This document shows, piece after piece, positions 29,873 through 39,939 of a stretch of 64,000 nucleotides of DNA. The position numbers and the translations under genes were made by a program. The number at the start of each line of letters is the position of its first letter. Within the stretch, counting starts at the first letter, position 1. Below the pieces are notes generated by a model. That model was not told the origin of the DNA. It did no database searches and worked only from the letters and a program-made list of their open reading frames with translations. Source of the stretch: Thermodesulfobacteriota bacterium (GTDB lineage: Bacteria > Desulfobacterota > Desulfobulbia > Desulfobulbales > JAGXFP01); the NCBI GenBank assembly GCA_039714535.1, contig JBDLJC010000001.1, positions 73,059 through 137,058 of the forward strand, in the 5' to 3' direction.

Positions 29873-31149
29873 TAGTTCTTCCTCCTTCTGGCCTTGATCG
29901 ATTCAATAAAGGCCTCAATCCTGGTCGATAATTGACCCAGGTCCTCGCTGCTGTAATCGGTCTCCAGATAGAGCATGGGTATCCCGGCCTCAGTCAAGGT
30001 ATTACTGATCTGTTTCTGCTCCATCTCATAGGGCAGGCAACCTGAAAAGGCCTGATAGACAACACCCTCCACCCTATGGCTCTTTACCATCTCCTCAAGC
30101 TTCCGGTTACGATCCGTATTGGGGGTGAGGCAGGGGCAGGTACAGGGCTTGAGATAGCGGTCGGCCAGGGCCGGCACCATGTCATTGAGATTGGTTTCGT
30201 CATAGGCCACGGTATCGTAGAGCAGCCGGTTGGAGGAACAGACCTCGTCCGCCACAATGATGCCGCCGGCCTGCTCGACCAGGATCGGCACCTTGAGGTT
30301 GGGGAAAATAGGGGGGGAACCGGTCAACAGCAGGCGCGGGGCCTGGCGGTTAGTGATGGTAAGATCATTCTTGTTTCGCTCCTCCAGTTCCGCAATAAGC
30401 CTACGCACCGCCCGCCGCCAGCTCGCCATATCGTCAACAAAATAGGCGCTGGTCACCAGGAAGATATCTTTACCGAAGATGAGCGGTGTCTTGGCCCTGC
30501 GCAGTTCGTTGAGCTTGCGGAACAGGCGAGAGCACTCAGCCATTTCAGCAATTACGTCCTGGAGTTTGCTGGAGGTGATCTTGGTGCCGGTTATCTGTTG
30601 CAGATCAAGGGCGAATTTCTTGACCGATTCCTGCCAGTAGAACCTGGCGTCATCGCTATCCTTGGAGGAGGGCATCTCCAGGATGTAGACTGGATAGCCC
30701 ATCTCTTTCAATATTTCAGCGCTTTTCTTTTTTTGATCGCAGGTGGTGGGCACCACCACCGATGCCATAGATTCACCCCAGAGGGACTGATTGAGATGCA
30801 ACATCCCGGTGGTGGCCTTGACTACCGGGCAGGATTTGGCCGGCAGGAACTCAGCGCCCACCTGATCATAGGCGTAGGCGCCGCTGCACATCCGCATGGG
30901 GGTCGCCCCGGCTGCATAGATCAGTTCATCCGGCACCTGGAGACATATGGTGCCGATCACTTTTTTAGCGGTCGGCAGAGAGTGGCCGTCTTTATAAAGA
31001 TTATGGAAAAGATCGTAAAAATATTTCATGGACACCGGGTTGTCCGGGAATTCCGTTAACCTTTGCAAGGTCTCCTCGGTTTCCATGGCCAGGTGGAGAC
31101 CGGTGGTCTTTTGCATTCGGGCAAATCGTTTATCGGTATCACTTTGCAT
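29872..31149 (-). CDS. 2-hydroxyacyl-CoA dehydratase-family protein (HgdB/BcrB-like)
   Basis: About 425 aa with conserved Cys context (MRMCSGAY..., CDQKKK). Its stop overlaps the activase start by 1 nt. Family assignment is moderate. Confidence 0.65.
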   Translation of the reverse strand: MQSDTDKRFARMQKTTGLHLAMETEETLQRLTEFPDNPVSMKYFYDLFHNLYKDGHSLPTAKKVIGTICLQVPDELIYAAGATPMRMCSGAYAYDQVGAEFLPAKSCPVVKATTGMLHLNQSLWGESMASVVVPTTCDQKKKSAEILKEMGYPVYILEMPSSKDSDDARFYWQESVKKFALDLQQITGTKITSSKLQDVIAEMAECSRLFRKLNELRRAKTPLIFGKDIFLVTSAYFVDDMASWRRAVRRLIAELEERNKNDLTITNRQAPRLLLTGSPPIFPNLKVPILVEQAGGIIVADEVCSSNRLLYDTVAYDETNLNDMVPALADRYLKPCTCPCLTPNTDRNRKLEEMVKSHRVEGVVYQAFSGCLPYEMEQKQISNTLTEAGIPMLYLETDYSSEDLGQLSTRIEAFIESIKARRRKN

Positions 31150-32137
31150 TGTTATGCCCCTGCATTCTCTTAAAAAATCCCTCTTCCGTAGATTCATAGA
31201 TTGGCAGGCCCAGGAACTTGACCTTTAAGCAGCCCTCTTCCGGGCACATCTCCACACATTTGAAACACATCATGCAATCATCCTTAACAATATTTTTATG
31301 CTCCAGGTCATCGGCAATCGCCCTGATCCCAACATCGCAGGCCCGATAGCAGTTGCCGCAACGGGTGCATTTGGCGCCGTCCTTGCTGAGCCTCAACAGA
31401 GCAGCCTTGGCAAAGATATAATGAAAGGCGCTCATGGGGCAGAACAGGCAGAAAAAGCGTTTTTTGATAAAGGAGCCGGCCAGGAAAATACCGGTTATCA
31501 ATAGGCCCAGAGCCGTGAAGATCATCTTGGTTTTAGAGCTCAGATCAATGGCCAATTGGGAAAAGTCGCCGCTGAACAGGGGCAAGACGGTGCGGCCCGG
31601 GCAGATCATACAAAAGGGCACGCCAAAATCATGGTTGAGTTTGGGCAGGCCGAAAAATGAGTTGCCCATGCCCATCGGAATAAGGATCAACAGGGCCAGC
31701 AGGATATATTTTATTTTGCCGAGTCTTTGAAAGACCGGTTCCGAATAGTTACCATATCTGACCTTGAACCTGTTGCGGAGGGCGGTGAGCCAATCCTGGA
31801 TAGTGCCCAGGGGACAGGCGAAGCCGCACCAGGCTTTATTGAAGACGATAAAAAAGGCGAAAAAAGTAAGCAGTCCGACGAGGATGCCGATGCCCCGCCC
31901 GGAAAGATAACTTTTCCAAGGTGTTGCCATCTGGTGCTGAAGGCCGAATAGATAGCAGGAACCGCCGCGATGCTCGGTAAAGATACAGCCAAAGGTCGGT
32001 AACTGGTCACCGATGTTGATGGCCAGATAACCGCCATAGACCAGGAGGACAAAAGAGGCGGCCTGAAAATAGAAGCGGAAGCGGCTTAGGTTGGCGTTGT
32101 TGATTGCTCTTCTGAAACTTTTCAGCGCCTTACTCAT
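31139..32137 (-). CDS. Membrane polyferredoxin, NapH/MauN-like (2x[4Fe-4S])
   Basis: Several TM segments, CxxC motifs on loops, and C-terminal CTRCGNCYRAC and CMMCFKCVEMCP. Confidence 0.7.
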   Translation of the reverse strand: MSKALKSFRRAINNANLSRFRFYFQAASFVLLVYGGYLAINIGDQLPTFGCIFTEHRGGSCYLFGLQHQMATPWKSYLSGRGIGILVGLLTFFAFFIVFNKAWCGFACPLGTIQDWLTALRNRFKVRYGNYSEPVFQRLGKIKYILLALLILIPMGMGNSFFGLPKLNHDFGVPFCMICPGRTVLPLFSGDFSQLAIDLSSKTKMIFTALGLLITGIFLAGSFIKKRFFCLFCPMSAFHYIFAKAALLRLSKDGAKCTRCGNCYRACDVGIRAIADDLEHKNIVKDDCMMCFKCVEMCPEEGCLKVKFLGLPIYESTEEGFFKRMQGHNNAK

Positions 32138-33194
32138 CAAGGGAAATCCCCCGATAAGGTTTTTTGCGCCGTTCCCGGTAGAAGTAGATACCACCGCCGG
32201 TGAAGGTAAAGCCCAGCAGACCGATCATCAGCCCCAGTCCGTAGGATGAGTAATCCGCCCGGGCCGGGGAATAATGCCAGGGTAGGGTGGTGATATAACG
32301 AACCCGCTCATATTCCATGTCTTTGAAGACCCCTTGCTCTTCAGCCTCATAGAAGGCGGTCACCAGAAATTTGCCCCTCTTGGTTCGCTTGAAATCAGAC
32401 CATTTTGTCGGATAGTAGTCTCGGATCAACTGCAGGGAGGCGGAACCATTTTTATCGGTGACCACTTCCTTGACCCACTTTTCTGCGGTCTGCAATTGGA
32501 CCTTGGCTCCAATCAATGGTTTACCGTAGCTCAACGCGGTAATGGTCAGCATTTGGCCGGAGGTCACCTTGGCATGAAAGTTGGAGTCCCAGAGATCAGC
32601 GATGATAATCTCAAGGGGCAGAGTATTCAGGGCTTGGGGTTGGGTGCGTTCCATATCAAATTTATGATCGTGCCCCCATCCACAGCTATGGTGCATGGTC
32701 AGCCATTGGGCCGAACGAACCACCAGAACATGGTCTTCCACGCCCTGCTCAAGCAGATAAACATTGTTGGCCCCATGCCCCGGCCCCTCGCCAAAAGGGG
32801 TTGGAAAAGAAAGGTTGGGCTTGACTCCCAACTGCAGGGTCGGCTGGATGATTGAGCCATCCGGGCGACGGACAAAGGCCTCTATTTGGGCCAGGCGTTG
32901 GTGTCCGTTAAAGTAATAGGTGCGAACCGGTTGGGGACGATGCTCGGATTCCTGGGCCGGGCGCTGGCCCTGCTGCCTTCTCTGGCCTCCTCTGGCAGCA
33001 GCCCTTACTGGTTGGGCGCCATGTTGTTCACATTTTTCTGCATTCAGAGCCGGGGCGGGGGAGAGACGTAAAGGTGTTAGCCTCCGGGCCTGGGCCTGCC
33101 CCACGCTCATGGTCAAGAACAAAGCAACGATCACCGTCAGGCAGCAGGGTAAGTGGCATCTCTTCATAGTTATCCAGCTCTGGCGGGAAGCCAT
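32130..33194 (-). CDS. DUF4198-like periplasmic protein with a C-terminal TM anchor
   Basis: Signal-like N-terminus, beta-sandwich-like core and a terminal TM. A TAATG overlap links it to the receptor gene stop. The domain call is tentative. Confidence 0.45.
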   Translation of the reverse strand: MASRQSWITMKRCHLPCCLTVIVALFLTMSVGQAQARRLTPLRLSPAPALNAEKCEQHGAQPVRAAARGGQRRQQGQRPAQESEHRPQPVRTYYFNGHQRLAQIEAFVRRPDGSIIQPTLQLGVKPNLSFPTPFGEGPGHGANNVYLLEQGVEDHVLVVRSAQWLTMHHSCGWGHDHKFDMERTQPQALNTLPLEIIIADLWDSNFHAKVTSGQMLTITALSYGKPLIGAKVQLQTAEKWVKEVVTDKNGSASLQLIRDYYPTKWSDFKRTKRGKFLVTAFYEAEEQGVFKDMEYERVRYITTLPWHYSPARADYSSYGLGLMIGLLGFTFTGGGIYFYRERRKKPYRGISLDE

Positions 33195-35230
33195 TATTTA
33201 CTGCTGCCTCCAAACCTGTAGGAGAGACCGGCAAAAACTGTCAGTGGCGCCCCGGAATAAAGGTTCATCCCGGCGCTATCGTCACTTACATAAGCGGCGT
33301 ATTGTTCGTCGGTCAGATTGAGGACATGGCTCCATGCCGACCAGTTTTGCCAGTCATAGCCGACTCGCAGGTTGAACAGGGTCGGTCTGGTGTATTGGTG
33401 GAGATTGGCATCATCGGCATACTGTGAGCTGATCTCATCCATTTCAAGTTCCACCTCCAGATTACGGGTCGGGATAATGGTAAGCCTGGTATTGAGATGG
33501 TGTTTCGGAGACCGGGGCTGCCGGTTGCCGCTGTAATCGACGCCACCGGTGGTATAAACATCGTACTCGTTGAGGGCGTAGGTGTAGGCCACGGTCAACC
33601 GGACGTTGGCGCTGGGGGCGATGGCCGCCATGATCTCGGCGCCTTCCTGGGAAGACTCTCCGGCGTTGACGTACTTGGTGTTAGGGAAGGGATCATTGTT
33701 GACGACAATCTTGTCGGTGATATCCATCGAATAAATTGAGGTGTCGAGTTTCAAGCGCTTCTGCCAGAAGACGGTCCGCAGGCCAACTTCATAATTTTTG
33801 GCCTCTTCCGCTTGCAGTTCATTGTTGTCATAACGAGAGGTCCACAGCTGGCTGGTAGTCGGGACGACAAAGCCTTCCGAGTAACTGAGATAACCGTTCA
33901 CTGATGGTGAGATGTCGTAGGTCAGTCCAACCTTGGGGCTGAATTTGGAGAATTTCTTGTCGACGCCTGTACCGCCCAATAAGTCGTCAACTTCATATTT
34001 GGCTGAGTCATAACGGCCGCCGACGATGAACCTCAGATTTTCAAGAGGCGAGGTTTCCAGCTGTAGATAGGGGGCGCTTACCCTGGTCGTGATGTCATAG
34101 GATTTGTCAAGGCCCAGAAGGGTGTATGAGGTGTAAAGGTTCAGGAGTAAGTCCTTGCTCACATCCAGATCGAAACTGTTGGTCTCCTTGCTGCCGCTGA
34201 CCATATCGAGGCCGGTGATGATCTTGCTGCGGCCCAGGGAGAAATTATGGCTGTATAAAAGCTGCAGGTCAAGATCCTGGGTGTCAGAGGTTGTCATGCT
34301 GCCAACATAGACTGGACCTTGTTGACGAATACTGTAATTGGGGATGCCCTCTGTTTCGATATCGCGAAGGGCCAGAGTGGCGCTTAACTCTGATTCAGTA
34401 AAAAAATAGTTGTAGGACAGGGCTGGAGCAATTTTGTCGGTTTTACTATAGGTGAAAGTCTGGTAACTGTGCTGCCAATCGCTGTAGAAATCGACTTCGC
34501 TCAAGGTGCCTGGAGATTCTTTTTCAGAGCTGAGTAAATCGATTTTGAATGACAGCAGCGACTCATCGTTCGGGGTGAAATTGGTTTTAATCGTGCCGGC
34601 CTTTTTATCCAAAGCGTTGTTGTCGCGCCAGCTTTCGCTGTCAACCAGGCTCAGATCGATATTGAATCCCAGGGGGCCACTGCCGCCGCTGCCGGAAAGA
34701 CCGCTGCGCCACTGCTGATAAGTTCCCAACTCGCTCCATATTTTAACCTGGGGCTCTGCTGATGGGGTCTTGGTGATCACATTGATGATGCCGCCGATGG
34801 CATTGCTGCCGTACAGGGCGGAGGCCGGACCCTTAATGATCTCGATCCTGGCAATATTGTCGCCGTTCATTTGGCTGAACTGACTGGAACTGCCGGAACC
34901 ATAGCTGGCGGTCGGCACCCCATCAAGCAAGACGATGGTGTACGGATTGGTAAAATGGGTCGGGACCCTGATGGCGGTCAACTCTGCTTCTCCGCCAAGG
35001 TTCTGGGAGTTGATGCCCGGCAAGCGGCTCAGGAAGTCGGTGGGGTTACGGGCTTTAACCTTTTCCAGTTCCGGTTCGGAGAGCACATTGACGGCGACCG
35101 TGGTGTCTTTAATCTTCTCGCTGACCCGGGAGGCCGTTACCACCACTTCATCAAGCTCCGCTTGTAATTCCGCCGCATTCAACCACCCCGGCATCAGGGT
35201 TATCGTCATAATCATCAATAGGTATCGCAC
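33194..35230 (-). CDS. TonB-dependent outer-membrane receptor
   Basis: TonB box-like ELDEVVVTASR, a plug domain and a barrel ending LSYRF. The start is trimmed to GTG 35230 after AAGGAG. Confidence 0.9.
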   Translation of the reverse strand: MRYLLMIMTITLMPGWLNAAELQAELDEVVVTASRVSEKIKDTTVAVNVLSEPELEKVKARNPTDFLSRLPGINSQNLGGEAELTAIRVPTHFTNPYTIVLLDGVPTASYGSGSSSQFSQMNGDNIARIEIIKGPASALYGSNAIGGIINVITKTPSAEPQVKIWSELGTYQQWRSGLSGSGGSGPLGFNIDLSLVDSESWRDNNALDKKAGTIKTNFTPNDESLLSFKIDLLSSEKESPGTLSEVDFYSDWQHSYQTFTYSKTDKIAPALSYNYFFTESELSATLALRDIETEGIPNYSIRQQGPVYVGSMTTSDTQDLDLQLLYSHNFSLGRSKIITGLDMVSGSKETNSFDLDVSKDLLLNLYTSYTLLGLDKSYDITTRVSAPYLQLETSPLENLRFIVGGRYDSAKYEVDDLLGGTGVDKKFSKFSPKVGLTYDISPSVNGYLSYSEGFVVPTTSQLWTSRYDNNELQAEEAKNYEVGLRTVFWQKRLKLDTSIYSMDITDKIVVNNDPFPNTKYVNAGESSQEGAEIMAAIAPSANVRLTVAYTYALNEYDVYTTGGVDYSGNRQPRSPKHHLNTRLTIIPTRNLEVELEMDEISSQYADDANLHQYTRPTLFNLRVGYDWQNWSAWSHVLNLTDEQYAAYVSDDSAGMNLYSGAPLTVFAGLSYRFGGSSK

Positions 35231-35454
35231 TAATATCTCCTTGGAATATTTTAAAAAATAAAAATGGCAGTGGTGCTGTCTTTCAATAATTGGACCAGAT
35301 TTAAGTAAATTCAACCCTACCACCATGTAGCAGGGTTGAAAATGTGGCAAATTGTCGCAGGATGATCAAATTGCTTAGTTGGGAAAGTTAGCTAGGGTGG
35401 TAATTGCGGCTAGGAGTTGTCTGTCGCGGTGGGAATTATTTTTAACAAAGCAAA

Positions 35455-35484
35455 TTGACACCCAAAAAATTGTGTGAATAGAAT
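35455..35484 (+). promoter_or_regulatory. Candidate sigma-70 promoter for the cytochrome gene
   Basis: TTGACA, an 18-nt spacer and TAGAAT, about 105 nt upstream of ATG 35590. Confidence 0.35.
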
Positions 35485-35589
35485 TAATCCAGATGATGAT
35501 CTTTTAAATCAAGTTAAATTAAGAGGAGGGCTAAAACAACAGGTCTAAGGTGGTGTTTATGGAGAGATCATTCAAATTTGGAGGGAGAG

Positions 35590-36810
35590 ATGAAGAGGGT
35601 TAAATATGGGCCGGCAGTGCTGGCGGTGTTATTTTTTGTCGTTCTATCGGTTCCACTAACGGGAACGGCAAGAGAGGCAAACACTATTGATGAACTGGTT
35701 GGCATGTTCGATGATGCCAAATGTGGAGATTGCCACGCAGAGCTTTATGAACAATGGCAGAAATCCTGGCATGCCAAGGCGGTAGTCTCGTCCCTTAAAG
35801 GGATGCGTAATTTTATTAAAGTAGGTTTGGCCAAGGAATGGAATAAGCCCGTCGATCGGACCCAGATTTTAAAATGCCTGGATTGTCACGCTCCAGCGGT
35901 TAATTTTGCCTCGGATAAACTGGCTAAGAAGATTGGTGGTTTGATCGTGACCGCTTTTGAAAAGAAGGGCACGAAAGCTGGTAACAAGGCCAAGGCCCAA
36001 TTGGCTCGTTTGAATGTCGGCTGTCTGTCCTGCCATAATATCAAGGCCACCAGTGTGGCCCGGGGCTTGCGGGGCGATCCGGTCAAGGGTGCGGTTTATG
36101 GCCCCCATGGCTATGATTCGGACGGGCATACCACCATCGAAAGTGTCGAACTTACCCGTTCGCTGTTCTGCATGCAGTGCCATGGTAAATATAATGCCCC
36201 GGACGGCGAGACCATCCAGTGCAATACCCTTTCCGGCAGCTATCAGAACACCTACTACAATTTGGGTGGATCCCAAACCTGCCAAGAGTGCCATATGAAG
36301 AAAGGCCATCTGTTCCCCGGTGGTCATGATCTGGAGATGGTTAAGCAGGGTCTGGGCCTTGAGGTCCAGGTCACCCCATACCAGCATCTGCCCGGTAAAG
36401 TCCCCGGGGTGAAGAACAAGAAAGCCTGGGTGCCCAGTGCCGTTGTCACCGCTCTTGTCGAAAACAAGTCCGGCCATCGGGTTCCGGACGGCTGACTGTG
36501 GTCAGGCAAAGTGGTCCTGGATGTGACCGCAAAAGATGACAAAGGCAAGGAACTCTTTAAGGCAGACAAAACCTGGTTTGAAATCGGCGTTGATACCGAT
36601 CGCTTTATGCGCTATGGCGCTTGGCAGATCAAGGAAATTATCGACCTGACCCTTCCTCCGATGCAGACCCAGACCGAGCAGTACCTGATGCATTTCACCA
36701 CCGAGACCGAGAAGGTCAATATCGAAGTGAAACTCTGGTATTATATCAGCGGCGGTAAGGGGGACGTGATCTACAGTTTCAACAAAACCCTGGAATTTGA
36801 GCTGGAATAA
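35590..36810 (+). CDS. Pentaheme c-type cytochrome interrupted by an in-frame TGA at 36493..36495 (selenocysteine candidate or pseudogene)
   Basis: Signal peptide and five CxxCH motifs (CGDCH, CLDCH, CLSCH, CMQCH, CQECH). ORFs 35578..36495 and 36511..36810 share one frame. No RBS precedes the second ORF. Confidence 0.6.
36498..36530 (+). promoter_or_regulatory. Hairpin starting 2 nt after the in-frame TGA (SECIS-like candidate)
   Basis: GUGGUCA (36498..36504) pairs with UGACCGC (36524..36530), giving 7 bp including one G-U. The loop is 19 nt and can add GG/CC pairs. Confidence 0.35.
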
Positions 36811-36830
36811 ACAAAACAGCAGCTCAATAA

Positions 36831-36863
36831 AAAAGCCCCGGCAATGAGCCGGGGCTTTTTTTG
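36831..36863 (+). terminator. Rho-independent terminator
   Basis: AGCCCCGG pairs with CCGGGGCT to form the stem, followed by a T7 run. Confidence 0.8.
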
Positions 36864-37072
36864 TTTTAACTATTGCCTATCTGGCCTGACTAATAATCAA
36901 CAAAGGCAATATCAACCGAAGGACGCATGGTTGATTGGGGCGCCATCACCTGAAATTAAGTGGCGGCCCGCAGGGAAATTCCGTTATATAACCTAAAGTT
37001 CTTCATCGGTAAATAAGTTGCCAGAATCTGCGCTTTAGCAGACCTGGGAGGGTTTAAAATATCACGAGAATT

Positions 37073-37984
37073 CTAAACAGATTGCTCTGTGGCTAGTTGC
37101 CAGAAGGCTTTAACGCTGGCTCGCTGCAGATTTTTTTTTGTCGAACAAAGGCCAACAACATACGGTTCAAGCTTTGGTGAATTATCAAGAATTACCACCT
37201 TGTCTCGAAAAGGACTACGTTCAAGAACAAGTTGTGGCACAATACCTATGCCACAACCAAGGGTAACCATAGGAATAATAGCCTCATTGCCGGATACCTC
37301 GGAGGTTATATTCGGGGTAACCCGATTCTTCTTCATCCATTTATCCAGCCTCCTTCGGGACAACCCGGTTTGTGGAAGTACCAATGGTGCACGGTTAAGA
37401 TCCAGTTGCCCTGATAGGGTCATCGGGGTCGAACCATCCAATTGTTTCGGGGCGATGAACACCAACGGCGTGGTAGTGATAGGCAGAAATTCAATCCTGG
37501 ACCGATTGCGATCCGGCAAGGCGGCAACAGCCAGATCAATCTCACCTGTCTGCACTTGCAGTACCGATTGCTCTGCTGCACCGGTGCGCAATTCAAGTTG
37601 CACCTCCGGATAGGTACTTCGATAAGATTCAAGTAAATGGGGAAGTAAACTATACACTGCGGTGATCGAGGCATATATTGATAAACTGCCCACCACAGAT
37701 TGCCCGTCCTTAATTGTAGAGCGAAATCTCTGCCACTCCTGGATGGTCTGGCGCGCATAAATACGGAATTGCTCTCCTGCCGCAGAAAGAGAGACGGTTC
37801 TGTTGTCGCGCAAAAAAAGAGGCTGCTCTACTTGCTCTTCCAGGCGCTGAATGGTTCTGGTCAACGCCGAAGGACTCATATTACAAGCCTGGCTGGCCCG
37901 GCTGAAATGCAGATGCTCTGCCAGGGTCAGAAAGATTTCAAGCTCACGAATATCCATATAATCAAGACTCAAAGGGTTGAACAA
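37073..37984 (-). CDS. ilvY: LysR-family regulator, IlvY-like (divergent from ilvC)
   Basis: LysR wHTH (ELEIFLTLAEHLHFSRASQACNMSPSALTRTIQRLE). Divergent arrangement with a long-form ilvC, as in enterobacteria. Confidence 0.7.
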   Translation of the reverse strand: MFNPLSLDYMDIRELEIFLTLAEHLHFSRASQACNMSPSALTRTIQRLEEQVEQPLFLRDNRTVSLSAAGEQFRIYARQTIQEWQRFRSTIKDGQSVVGSLSIYASITAVYSLLPHLLESYRSTYPEVQLELRTGAAEQSVLQVQTGEIDLAVAALPDRNRSRIEFLPITTTPLVFIAPKQLDGSTPMTLSGQLDLNRAPLVLPQTGLSRRRLDKWMKKNRVTPNITSEVSGNEAIIPMVTLGCGIGIVPQLVLERSPFRDKVVILDNSPKLEPYVVGLCSTKKNLQRASVKAFWQLATEQSV

Positions 37985-38132
37985 TTAGTCTAAAACACTC
38001 ATGTTGCATATTTCGCAACACAGCGTACCAAACAAATCAATTTACGCAACACAAAAAGCAACGTAAGATTGGCTAATTAAAAATTTAAAAGTTACAATCT
38101 CTTCTTCAAAACATAAATATCAGGAGAAAATT

Positions 38133-39611
38133 ATGTCTGAAAACTATTTCAACTCGCTGCCCTTCGGTCGCCAGCTCCAGGAACTTGGCTCCTGCCGGTT
38201 TATGGAAGCTAATGAATTCACCAATGGTTGCGATTACGCTAAAGGGAAAAAGATTGTCATCGTCGGATGTGGCGCCCAGGGCCTGAATCAGGGTCTTAAT
38301 ATGCGTGATAGCGGCCTCGATGTCTCCTACACCTTACGGGGCGCTGCAATCGCCGAAAAACGCGAGTCATTCAAAAACGCTTCTGAAAACGGTTTCACCG
38401 TCGGTACCTACGAAGAACTCCTGCCAACCGCAGATATCGTTATGAACCTGGCGCCGGACAAACAACACAGCAACGTCGTCGAGACCGTTGTGCCAATGAT
38501 GAAGCAGGGCGCGACCTTCTCTTACGCGCACGGTTTCAATATCGTTGAAGAGGGCGCCCAGATCCGTTCCGACCTGACGGTCATCATGGTTGCCCCCAAA
38601 TGCCCCGGTTCTGAAGTACGGGCCGAGTACGTTCGTGGTTTCGGTGTTCCTACCTTGATTGCCGTTCACGGGGAAAATGATCCCAATGGCGACGGCCTCG
38701 AGATAGCCAAGGCACTTTGTTCCGCCCAAGGTGGTGATCGGGCCGGTGTCCTTGAGTCTTCTTTCGTTGCCGAGGTCAAGTCTGACCTTATGGGCGAACA
38801 AACCATTCTCTGCGGCATGCTGCAAGCTGGCGCCCTGCTCTGCTTCGACAAGATGACCGAAAACGGGATCGATGCCCCCTATGCCGTAAAACTGATCCAA
38901 TACGGCTGGGAGACCATCACCGAAGCACTCAAGCACGGTGGCATAACCAATATGATGGATCGTCTCACCAATCCGGCCAAATTAGTAGCATACGACCTGG
39001 CCGAGGAACTCAAAGATATTATGCGGCCCTTATTCGAAAAACACATGGACGATATCCTCTCAGGGGATTTCTCCAAAACCATGATGGCAGACTGGGCCAA
39101 TGACGACGTTAATTTACTTACCTGGCGTGAAGCAACCGGCCAGACCGTTTTTGAGAAGACCGAAGCCGCCGGTGAGATTTCCGAGCAGGAGTACTTCGAT
39201 AAGGCAATCCTGATGGTTGCCATGGTCAAGGCCGGGGTTGAGCTCGCTTTCGAAACCATGGTCATGTCCGGAATTGAGGCAGAATCAGCCTACTACGAGT
39301 CACTCCACGAAACTCCTCTGATTGCCAATACCATCGCCCGGAAAAAACTCTACGAAATGAACCGGGTTATTTCCGACACAGCCGAGTATGGCTGCTACCT
39401 TTTCGCCCACGCCTGTGTCCCGCTGCTGAAGGATTTCATGGGTTCGGTCAATACCGATGTAATCGGTAAAGGATTGGAAATTAAAGACAATGGCGTTGAC
39501 AACCAGACCCTGGTCCAAGTTAACGCTGAGATCCGCGAGCATCTGATCGAAGAGGTAGGCCAGGAGTTGCGTGCTGCCATGAACGGTATGCAGGCAATAG
39601 CTTCCGCCTGA
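38133..39611 (+). CDS. ilvC: Ketol-acid reductoisomerase, class II (long form)
   Basis: 492 aa with MSENYFNSL...[20 protein letters not shown], the E. coli-type IlvC pattern. Confidence 0.9.
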   Translation: MSENYFNSLPFGRQLQELGSCRFMEANEFTNGCDYAKGKKIVIVGCGAQGLNQGLNMRDSGLDVSYTLRGAAIAEKRESFKNASENGFTVGTYEELLPTADIVMNLAPDKQHSNVVETVVPMMKQGATFSYAHGFNIVEEGAQIRSDLTVIMVAPKCPGSEVRAEYVRGFGVPTLIAVHGENDPNGDGLEIAKALCSAQGGDRAGVLESSFVAEVKSDLMGEQTILCGMLQAGALLCFDKMTENGIDAPYAVKLIQYGWETITEALKHGGITNMMDRLTNPAKLVAYDLAEELKDIMRPLFEKHMDDILSGDFSKTMMADWANDDVNLLTWREATGQTVFEKTEAAGEISEQEYFDKAILMVAMVKAGVELAFETMVMSGIEAESAYYESLHETPLIANTIARKKLYEMNRVISDTAEYGCYLFAHACVPLLKDFMGSVNTDVIGKGLEIKDNGVDNQTLVQVNAEIREHLIEEVGQELRAAMNGMQAIASA

Positions 39612-39635
39612 TCTTTATCAATATAGCCACAAACT

Positions 39636-39670
39636 AAAAGACCCTGCCATTGGCGGGGTCTTTTAGTTTT
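39636..39670 (+). terminator. Rho-independent terminator after ilvC
   Basis: AAAAGACCC(T)GCC pairs with GGCGGGGTCTTTT. Confidence 0.75.
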
Positions 39671-39804
39671 AAGTTGCCGGAATCTTCAGAGCACGATTCT
39701 ACCTGCTTTATGCCGGCATTAAATGAAACTTTTCATTCTCGCTCCCACCACAATCTTCCGGATATACAGTGCATGTGTCCCCCTGATTAATACCACAAGG
39801 GTTC

Positions 39805-39930
39805 TGTTAAATCCCCCTCGGAGTCTATCGCTTACCTGCGGGGGGGCACTCTTTTCAGTACCCCCTTGAGGGGCGTATAAGTCTCGATGTCTCGCGAACT
39901 CGCCTATCGGTTTGAGCCGACAAGCAGCTC
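39805..39930. repeat. Copy D (partial) of the dispersed repeat, containing the left 29-bp island-flanking arm
   Basis: Core cctcggagtctatcgcttacctg (39816..39838). The segment ggcactcttttcagtacccccttgagggg (39845..39873) is the exact reverse complement of 48612..48640. Confidence 0.75.
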
Positions 39931-39939
39931 AACTCAGCT

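Noticed and set aside
35350-35578. A Fur-type operator in the divergent receptor/cytochrome intergenic region.
   Set aside because: Only weak AT-rich partial matches such as gatgatgatc are present. I cannot support a 19-bp Fur box by eye, so this is left as a check suggested in the operon finding.
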